Positions 56,989 to 64,000 of a stretch of 64,000 nucleotides of DNA are shown piece by piece (the stretch's first letter is position 1; the number at the start of each line of letters is the position of its first letter). Both the position numbers and the translations under genes were made by a program. The stretch comes from Cyclobacteriaceae bacterium (GTDB lineage Bacteria > Bacteroidota > Bacteroidia > Cytophagales > Cyclobacteriaceae), in contig JBEBJH010000001.1 of the NCBI GenBank assembly GCA_040079965.1, forward strand, positions 3,862 to 67,861. Direction: 5' to 3'. The notes beneath the pieces were generated by a model. It worked only from the letters and a program-made list of their open reading frames with translations. It searched no databases and was not told the origin of the DNA.

Positions 56989-59022
56989 TTATTTATACAG
57001 CTCCTTGTATTTTTTCTTGCCTGCATCCAAAAATTGGGCAAACTTTTCTGCATTGAGATTATAACCATAAGGCGATACCAGTACGCGCTCATCTTTGCCG
57101 ACCAATACGTAAAATGGTTGTGCATTATTGTTCAGGTTCGTGATTTGAAGGTCTGCATTTTGTTTGCCAATAGTCTTCTTCACTTTTTTATCATAGGTAG
57201 ATGTGTACCAGTCATTCTCAGGCAATTCGGTTTTGTCATCTACATATAATGCAACGACTACATAATCTGTATTCAATCGTTGAAGCACCTGCGGATCAGA
57301 CCAGACGTTGGCTTCCATCTCGCGACAGTTGGTGCATCCGTGGCCGGTGAAATCAATAAACAAAGGTTTGTCCTGCTGGCGGGCACAGGCCAAGGCCTGA
57401 TCATAATCAAAGTATCCGCTCAAGCCATGCGGCAAGTGGAGGAAGTCAGCATATTTGGGCTCATCACACACACTCCCTGATTTTTCAGCAGCAGTAATAA
57501 CGTTAAAGTCATGCGTGTACATGGGCGGTAAGTAACCTGCCAGGGCTTTGAGTGGCGCACCCCACATGCCCGGTACAAGATAAACGGCAAATACAAAAGC
57601 GATCATGGCCAATGAAATGCGCGGAACACTCACGGTTTTATCTTCCGCATCTTTACCTGTATCGCCAGGCATTCTAAAGCCTTTCATCAGGTAAATTCCA
57701 ATCAAGACAACTATTACTATCCAGATGGCGATGTTGATTTCGCGGTCAAGAATTCCCCAATGGAAAGCCTGGTCAGCAATGCTCAGAAACTTAAACGCAA
57801 GTGCAATCTCTACAAACCCGAGAACCACTTTTACTGTGTTCAACCAGCCGCCTGATTTAGGCAATGATTTCATCCAGTTAGGAAAAATAGCGAACAAGGT
57901 AAAGGGAATTGCGAAAGCGAGGGCGAAGGCAAACATGCCCGCTATTGGCTTCAGAAACTCTCCACCAGCCGATGAAACCAAAATACTTCCTACAATCGGA
58001 CCTGTACAAGAAAAAGATACAAGCACCAGGGTGAATGCCATAAAGAATACTCCCGCCAACCCACCTTTTTCTGCCTGCTGATCAACTTTATTGATAATTG
58101 AACCGGGCAAGGTGATTTCGAACAGTCCCAGAAATGAAAGACCAAAGACAATAAATACTAAAAAGAAAATCAGATTAGGAATCCATTCGGTAGAAAGATG
58201 ATTTGCAGTTTCGGGTCCCATCAAAGGTGCGAGTGCAGCACCAATGAGAGAGTAGATAAGGATGATAAAAAATCCATACATCAATGCCTGAAAGCGAGTG
58301 CCTCTTCCGGTGAAAAAGCTCACCGTCATGGGAATCATTGGAAAAACACACGGAGTAATGAGAGCTGCTAAACCAGCCAGAAAGGAAATCAGTAAAAAGC
58401 CAAGCAATGATTTTCCTGCGGGATCCTCTTTAACCAGTGATGAATCCAGAATCGGGCCTTTTGTTTCTACATTATTGAAAGGATTAATAATAGGAGTCTG
58501 AGCATTGTCAATTGTTGGTATTTTGACTTCCTCATTCTGCTGACCTTGTAAAGATTCACCCGACACCTTCAAGGTAAAGGAAAACTCTTCACCACCCGGC
58601 ACACACTGACCTGTAGTTTCAGTACACACCTGGTAATCGGATTCACCCTTAAGAGAAAGTGATGATGAAAGGATTTTTATTTTCTGTCGGAACTCAGCTG
58701 TCTTCTTGAAAATCTTGACATCGCACTCAAAGATATCATCATACTTATCCACCGGTTTTACCGGCACTAAATTTCCGACTAGCTGGAAGCTTTGATGAGG
58801 TACCAGATTGAAGGAAGTCTTTATGGGGCCATCTTCACAGGGGAATTCGGAAGAATATAAATACCACTCCTTATCAATGATGGCTTTGAAAATAAGGTCA
58901 ATCTCATCACCTGTTTTCGCTTCCTTAACTGAAGTTTCATAGGTCCATTTGGCTGGGGTAAGCACCTGGCCCCAGGTGGAAAGTGAAAGCAAAAAAAGGA
59001 AAGCAATAATCGGTAATCTCAT
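56989..59022 (-). CDS. dsbD: Thiol:disulfide interchange protein DsbD
   Basis: DsbDn (WYLYS, YQVC...QCV), TM Cys motifs TPCVFPMIP and SCTGP, LPKSGGW, thioredoxin FTGHGCTNC. Start refined to ATG 59022. Confidence 0.88.
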   Translation of the reverse strand: MRLPIIAFLFLLSLSTWGQVLTPAKWTYETSVKEAKTGDEIDLIFKAIIDKEWYLYSSEFPCEDGPIKTSFNLVPHQSFQLVGNLVPVKPVDKYDDIFECDVKIFKKTAEFRQKIKILSSSLSLKGESDYQVCTETTGQCVPGGEEFSFTLKVSGESLQGQQNEEVKIPTIDNAQTPIINPFNNVETKGPILDSSLVKEDPAGKSLLGFLLISFLAGLAALITPCVFPMIPMTVSFFTGRGTRFQALMYGFFIILIYSLIGAALAPLMGPETANHLSTEWIPNLIFFLVFIVFGLSFLGLFEITLPGSIINKVDQQAEKGGLAGVFFMAFTLVLVSFSCTGPIVGSILVSSAGGEFLKPIAGMFAFALAFAIPFTLFAIFPNWMKSLPKSGGWLNTVKVVLGFVEIALAFKFLSIADQAFHWGILDREINIAIWIVIVVLIGIYLMKGFRMPGDTGKDAEDKTVSVPRISLAMIAFVFAVYLVPGMWGAPLKALAGYLPPMYTHDFNVITAAEKSGSVCDEPKYADFLHLPHGLSGYFDYDQALACARQQDKPLFIDFTGHGCTNCREMEANVWSDPQVLQRLNTDYVVVALYVDDKTELPENDWYTSTYDKKVKKTIGKQNADLQITNLNNNAQPFYVLVGKDERVLVSPYGYNLNAEKFAQFLDAGKKKYKELYK

Positions 59023-59040
59023 GTCAGGATTAAATTGGAG

Positions 59041-59048
59041 CAAAGGTA
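59041..59048 (-). promoter_or_regulatory. -7 promoter element for dsbD
   Basis: TACCTTTG, 18 nt upstream of ATG 59022. Confidence 0.5.
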
Positions 59049-59129
59049 ACGAAGTGTGCCGCAAGTTTGTTCCTTGATGCCGCTATTCGTTACCCGGTAG
59101 ATAGAATTTAAGAACTCTTTAACAATCTT

Positions 59130-60488
59130 TTACTTCGCGCTATAGTGCTTATAGAACGCAACAATAGTTTCGATGCCTAGCAAAAAGTTTTTAATGCCGT
59201 AATGTTCATTGGGTGAATGAATGGCATCGCTGTCCAGTCCAAACCCCATTAGTACGGTGTCCAAGCCCAATTCTTTTTTAAAAAGAGAAACAATGGGAAT
59301 ACTTCCTCCATCGCGTGTAGGGATAGGTGTTTTGCCCCAGACTTCTTCAAACGCTTTGCTGGCCGCTTTAAATGCCTTTGAATTGGTTGGAGTTACAGCC
59401 GCCTCGCCACCATGCAAGGCTGTGATCTTTACTTTTACCGACTTTGGAGTAATTGATTGAAAATGTTTGGTAAACAATTCTGTGATTTCATGATTGTTCT
59501 GATTTGGCACCAACCGCATAGAGATTTTTGCATAAGCTTTTGATGGCAATACAGTTTTCGCACCTTCCCCGGTATAGCCGCCCCAGATTCCATTTACATC
59601 CAAGGTTGGGCGAGTACCCGTACGCTCTAATGTGGTGTAGCCTTTTTCTCCACGAATGTCTTCAATGTCAAGCTCCTTCTTGTATTCATCAAGATTAAAA
59701 GGTGCTTTGTTAAGCGCTTCCCGATCGGAAGCAGAAAGCTCAGCAACCTTATCATAAAAACCAGGTATAGTTACACGTCCATTCTCATCGTGGAGCGATG
59801 CAATCATCTTGCTCAACACGTTGGCTGGGTTTGCCACGGCACCACCATACACTCCAGAGTGCAAATCCCGATTAGGACCAGTTACTTCTACTTCCATATA
59901 ACTTAATCCGCGCAATCCCACAGTAATCGAGGGAGTATCTAAGGAGATGATCGAAGTATCTGAAATCAGAATTACATCAGCTTTCAGCTTGTTCTTATTT
60001 TCCTTAATAAAAGTGCCGAGGTTATCCGAACCAACCTCTTCCTCCCCCTCAATCATGAACTTGAGATTGCACGAAAGTTGTTTAAGTTTCATCATCGCCT
60101 CAAAGGCTTTGATGTGCATATAAAACTGGCCTTTGTCATCGCAGGATCCGCGCGCGAAAATCTTTCCGTCTTTTACCACGGGCTCAAAAGGAGGGGAGTT
60201 CCATAAGTTGAGCGGATCGGGCGGTTGTACATCATAATGGCCATATACCAATACTGTGGGCAACGTAGGATTAATCACTTTTTCACCATAAACGATTGGG
60301 TGGCCTGCAGTTTCGCAAAGTTCTACGGTATCGGCACCGGCATCTTTTAATTTCTTTACTACATATTCGGCTGCCTTGCGCACATCGCCCTTATGCCGGC
60401 TGTCAGCACTTACCGATGGAATGCGGAGTAATTCAAAAAGTTCGTCTAAAAAACGTTGTTGATTGGACTGAATATATTCTTTGATCAT
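59130..60488 (-). CDS. M20-family dipeptidase
   Basis: YGHYDVQP, RGSCDDKG, EGEEEVGS, DLHSG, GGSIP, IHSPNE. Confidence 0.92.
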   Translation of the reverse strand: MIKEYIQSNQQRFLDELFELLRIPSVSADSRHKGDVRKAAEYVVKKLKDAGADTVELCETAGHPIVYGEKVINPTLPTVLVYGHYDVQPPDPLNLWNSPPFEPVVKDGKIFARGSCDDKGQFYMHIKAFEAMMKLKQLSCNLKFMIEGEEEVGSDNLGTFIKENKNKLKADVILISDTSIISLDTPSITVGLRGLSYMEVEVTGPNRDLHSGVYGGAVANPANVLSKMIASLHDENGRVTIPGFYDKVAELSASDREALNKAPFNLDEYKKELDIEDIRGEKGYTTLERTGTRPTLDVNGIWGGYTGEGAKTVLPSKAYAKISMRLVPNQNNHEITELFTKHFQSITPKSVKVKITALHGGEAAVTPTNSKAFKAASKAFEEVWGKTPIPTRDGGSIPIVSLFKKELGLDTVLMGFGLDSDAIHSPNEHYGIKNFLLGIETIVAFYKHYSAK

Positions 60489-60607
60489 GAGGTAGAAATT
60501 TTAGTCACGCAAGGTAAGATTTTCTTTTGTTGGCAGAGCCGGATCGTAACCATTAACTTTTCATTTGACCGCACTACTTTCTTGTCGTATAAGAGCTAAA
60601 TTACTTC

Positions 60608-61183
60608 ATGACCGCACAGGTTGAGCAGGAGGTTATCCGAAAAGCAATGGCCGGTAACACCGATGCCTTTCGGGTTATTGTGGATCACTATCAGTCTTTT
60701 GCCTATGCCGTTTCGTTTCGTTTTCTGTGCCAGGCCGAAGAAGCGGAGGACATAGTTCAGGAAGCTTTTATCCGGCTTTGGAAAAACATGCATAAATACC
60801 GCCCTGAAATAAAACTAAGTACATGGCTTTACAGGATTATAACGAACCTCTGTCTGGACTTTTTAAAATCAACGTATGCCAAACAGCAGAAAAATCTTAG
60901 AGATGTACAGACGGAATACATGCTGAAATCGAATGACAGAGCTGACGCAGAACTTAATGCTAAAGAATTGAACGAACAGATTCAGCACGCGGCAGCAGAA
61001 TTGACACCCAAACAAAAGGCTGTTTTTATATTACGCGATCTGGAGGGATTGCCCGTGGAGGAAGTATGTAGCATCCTATCGATGTCGCCCGGGAATGTGA
61101 AAAGCAACCTTTACTACGCACGGCAACACGTGAACACGAGATTAAAGAAGTATTATCAAATGGATAAAATCACCATCCTATGA
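60608..61183 (+). CDS. ECF-type RNA polymerase sigma factor
   Basis: Region 2 AEDIVQEAFIRLW...TWLYRI..N; region 4 FILRDLEGL...ILSMSPGNVKSNLYYAR. Confidence 0.92.
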   Translation: MTAQVEQEVIRKAMAGNTDAFRVIVDHYQSFAYAVSFRFLCQAEEAEDIVQEAFIRLWKNMHKYRPEIKLSTWLYRIITNLCLDFLKSTYAKQQKNLRDVQTEYMLKSNDRADAELNAKELNEQIQHAAAELTPKQKAVFILRDLEGLPVEEVCSILSMSPGNVKSNLYYARQHVNTRLKKYYQMDKITIL

Positions 61184-61701
61184 AATGTAAAGAGTTTGAA
61201 GAGGGAATTTATCTCTACGAGGAGTTGACGGGTTCTGAAAAAGCTTTAGTTGATAATCATCGAAGTCATTGTGAAGCCTGTAACAAATTAGCGGAGCAGG
61301 TAATTCAGTCGGGAATACTCATAAAAAGAGCGGGCTTGCTAAAAACGGAGGCGAAAAATCCACATCAGCTTACACTTCGTATCATGAATTCAATAGCAAA
61401 GGAAAAGGAGGTGAGTGTATTAGATTATTTGGCCTCTTATTTCGATAATCTTTTTATACGCTATGCGTTCGGCATGGCTTCCTTGTTGTTGGTTGTCTTC
61501 TTTTTGTATGAGCAACAATCAATTGATCGCGTTGACCCAATAACTAAAATCACCAACACCGAAGTCAAACCGGGCCCTGTTTTAGACATGAATGTATTTC
61601 TAAATCATTATCGCAATCAAAGAGTGAAAAAGGACCCGGTGCCAATTTCAAAATATGCGTATTACAAATCAGTTCGGTCTTTAAAAACTTATAACCAGTA
61701 A
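61180..61701 (+). CDS. Zinc-binding anti-sigma factor (ZAS)
   Basis: HRSHCEAC (HxxxCxxC), a single TM, and a start overlapping the sigma stop (ATGA). Confidence 0.8.
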   Translation: MKCKEFEEGIYLYEELTGSEKALVDNHRSHCEACNKLAEQVIQSGILIKRAGLLKTEAKNPHQLTLRIMNSIAKEKEVSVLDYLASYFDNLFIRYAFGMASLLLVVFFLYEQQSIDRVDPITKITNTEVKPGPVLDMNVFLNHYRNQRVKKDPVPISKYAYYKSVRSLKTYNQ

Positions 61702-61704
61702 AAA

Positions 61705-62733
61705 ATGAGATCAATAAATGCATTTCTTTTACTAGCCCTGATTGTGGGCCTTAGCGCCTGCGGGCATAACGTATCAATGGAAACTACAGTACATGAAGAT
61801 GGATCGTTAGATAAAAAGATTGTGCTGGAGACTGAAGACACCACCAAAAATTTTCTGAGTATCAGTGGTGGTAGTGGATGGAAAATGAAGGCCCACCTGA
61901 TCGATTCAGCAAACAATAAAAGTGAATCAAGCAAAAAATGGCGCGTTGGCTTTCAGAAAAACTTTACTTCTTCTGAGGAGGCGAATGCAGAACTAGCCAC
62001 TCCCAGCGACACGCTTTTCAGAGTGAGCAGTACGTTTGATAAGAAGTTCAGATGGTTCTATACTTACGCGTATTATGCGGATACGTATAAGGCGATCAAC
62101 CGCATGGCTCTTCCACCCGATGATTATATAGCACGGGAGGACTATGCCTTTATAGATCGCTTACCAGCAGAAGGACAAACTATTTCAAAGGCCGACAGTT
62201 TTTATCTTTCGGAATTGAATAAGAGGATTTTTGATGTGTATGGTTTGCGTGCCATCTATGAGACTTATTACGAGTTGGATGTGAAATTGATTAAAGAAAG
62301 CGGATTAGAGAATCGATGGATAGATACACTGAATAAGCACAAGGAAAATCTCTATGCGCTGTTAGTTAAACAGCAGGACTTGCCGGATAATTTTATTTAT
62401 AAGACGATGGACAGCCTGGGCATCCCTTTTCCTTTTGATAAAATGGAAAATCGCTATGCTGAACTATACAAGGAAACGGAATCAAAAACCAATTTTATCA
62501 GCCATGCCAGCGAGGGCAAGTACACTCACGTAATCAATATGCCCTGGACGGTTGTTCGTACCAATGCTGATTCAGTTTCAGGCAATCGGCTACAGTGGAA
62601 TCCCCCCTCTGTTAAATTTCTGTTGAAAGACTATACCATGTATGCAGAAGCAAGAAAGGTAAATTTCTGGGCCTTTGGAGTTTCGGCACTTGTGCTGTTT
62701 TTCACAGGATATTTGTTTTGGAGGAGGCGATAA
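61705..62733 (+). CDS. Lipoprotein with a C-terminal TM anchor (LppM/DUF3153-like)
   Basis: Lipobox LSAC, TTVHEDGS, IN/MPWTV..TNA, final hydrophobic helix followed by WRRR. Confidence 0.55.
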   Translation: MRSINAFLLLALIVGLSACGHNVSMETTVHEDGSLDKKIVLETEDTTKNFLSISGGSGWKMKAHLIDSANNKSESSKKWRVGFQKNFTSSEEANAELATPSDTLFRVSSTFDKKFRWFYTYAYYADTYKAINRMALPPDDYIAREDYAFIDRLPAEGQTISKADSFYLSELNKRIFDVYGLRAIYETYYELDVKLIKESGLENRWIDTLNKHKENLYALLVKQQDLPDNFIYKTMDSLGIPFPFDKMENRYAELYKETESKTNFISHASEGKYTHVINMPWTVVRTNADSVSGNRLQWNPPSVKFLLKDYTMYAEARKVNFWAFGVSALVLFFTGYLFWRRR

Positions 62734-64000
62734 TCACCAACTGCTGCTTGCACCTCCACCCCCTGAATCACCGCCACCGTAACTTCCTCCCGAATCGCTG
62801 GAGGATGATGATGACGAATCTGATGAAGTAGAAATCATAGGAATGGTTATAGTACTTCGATCACGTACACCACAGAATTTGCAGGCCATTATTATTTCTT
62901 CTTCACCTGTTGAAGTTGTGGTGGCTTGAGAAAGAGTTGTTGTGCTTTCGGTGTGATAGGCGTAGGTTTTGCATTTCGGACAAGCTTTGAATTCGGTTTT
63001 GTCGCTGAGGTATTGTTCTACAGATGTGGAGTTGCAGGTTGGACACTTCCATACATCATAATCCACCGACTTTAAAGTTTCTTCAAACTGAGATTCCTTT
63101 TTCAGGAATGGATCTTCTGTTGCTTCATCGAGACGATTCATTTTCTTTCCACAGTTATGGCAGTCGCGCGGGGATGTGCGTACCGCCTCCATCTTCTTTT
63201 TGTAAAGACTGATCAGAAAAGCAAAAGGAACCGGGAATAAGATTGCCCACCCTAGCCAGCGATTATTTTCTTTGTAAAAGTTATAAACAGTGTGGTATTC
63301 TCCTTTTGCCATCCATTGGTTCCCTCTTGTAATAACGCGGCTATACTTGCTTAAACTCAGCAAACCAAAATAACCATACAGTCCACCGAAATAAACGTCC
63401 CACCTATGAGCATACGGCAAAATCATAGCAAGAATCATTGGAATAAGATATACCAGAAACAACCATTGCCAGGACGAAATTTTTGCTGAGGGAAGTTTTT
63501 TATCAGGGGCATGCCTGGAGTTTGAGAACCCTCGCTTTCGCTTCACAAAGTAGATGATGAGGCCAATGAAAAACCAGGCAAAAACAATAAGTGTGGAAAT
63601 GGCAGCCTGATCTGAAATATCCAAGGTCTTCTCGACTTCCTTAATTTCTTCAGCATAGGTTGGATTAGTAAGAATATTATTTACCTCTTCAACTCCAGCC
63701 AGGATACCGGCATCAATTTTTCCCTCTTTAAAGAATGGAACCATCTTTTGAGTTTGTATCCGTTTGCAGATGGCATCGGGTAAGGGGCCTTCCAGGCCAA
63801 AGCCTGTATGAAAGCGCACGATTTTCTTGTCTTGCACAAACAAAATCAACAATCCATTGTCTTTATTGGCCCGGCCAATTCCCCACTTAACAAAGAGAGA
63901 TTGTGCAAAGTCCGTTACATCAGCATCGCCAATTGAGTTAAGCATCACAACCGCTACCTGGGCAGTTGTTTTCTTCTCGAGCGAATCAAGAAGTTGGTTG
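62734..64000 (-). CDS. TPM-domain protein with C-terminal CxxC zinc ribbons (partial, start beyond window)
   Basis: The frame stays open to the window end (..LEKKTTAQVAVVML..). WGIG...DNGLLIL, TGFGLEG.LPD, four CxxC, Ser/Gly tail GGGDSGGGGASSSW. Confidence 0.85.
   Translation of the reverse strand, partial: NQLLDSLEKKTTAQVAVVMLNSIGDADVTDFAQSLFVKWGIGRANKDNGLLILFVQDKKIVRFHTGFGLEGPLPDAICKRIQTQKMVPFFKEGKIDAGILAGVEEVNNILTNPTYAEEIKEVEKTLDISDQAAISTLIVFAWFFIGLIIYFVKRKRGFSNSRHAPDKKLPSAKISSWQWLFLVYLIPMILAMILPYAHRWDVYFGGLYGYFGLLSLSKYSRVITRGNQWMAKGEYHTVYNFYKENNRWLGWAILFPVPFAFLISLYKKKMEAVRTSPRDCHNCGKKMNRLDEATEDPFLKKESQFEETLKSVDYDVWKCPTCNSTSVEQYLSDKTEFKACPKCKTYAYHTESTTTLSQATTTSTGEEEIIMACKFCGVRDRSTITIPMISTSSDSSSSSSSDSGGSYGGGDSGGGGASSSW

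Noticed and set aside
1352-63212. Numerous 60-135 aa ORFs antisense or out-of-frame inside long genes (e.g. 1352-1675, 21540-21947, 40681-41055, 53494-53886)
   Set aside because: They are fully nested in well-supported genes, have no recognisable motifs, and show the composition typical of shadow ORFs.
1-64000. CRISPR arrays, tRNA/rRNA genes, IS/transposase or prophage genes
   Set aside because: None seen by eye: no regularly spaced 25-45 bp repeats, no T-loop/cloverleaf signatures in intergenic gaps, and no transposase or integrase motifs. A tRNAscan/Infernal run would confirm.

Overview
This is a gene-dense chromosomal segment of a Bacteroidota bacterium, probably Cytophagales (inferred from TAnnTTTG promoters, a GldJ-like lipoprotein and CzcA-TolC fusions). 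It is mostly housekeeping: mnmG, ybeY, mfd, radA, rbfA, a LolC/E-like permease, a SNF2 helicase, AsmA, DsbD and peptidases. Three parS sites upstream of mnmG suggest an origin-proximal location. The main accessory block (17.1-28.5 kb) is a tandem duplication of a three-gene heavy-metal efflux module: [His-rich small ORF ending in WQPPR]-[CzcA-type RND pump]-[membrane fusion protein]. Best leads: (1) the His-rich WQPPR ORFs look like metal-sensing ribosome-stalling leader peptides, analogous to CruR/CutF; (2) the upstream CzcA copy has lost most of its fused TolC domain by an internal deletion whose two ends are still readable; (3) a perfect TACTAA-N5-TTAGTA operator, resembling the non-canonical Bacteroidota SOS box, precedes a SplB-like radical SAM gene; (4) a helically phased ATGTTA array precedes an uncharacterised transglutaminase-like gene; (5) a DUF3857/transglutaminase pair has one catalytically intact and one dead copy. 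I saw no tRNA, rRNA, CRISPR array or transposase. All family calls come from motif recognition by eye, not database searches.
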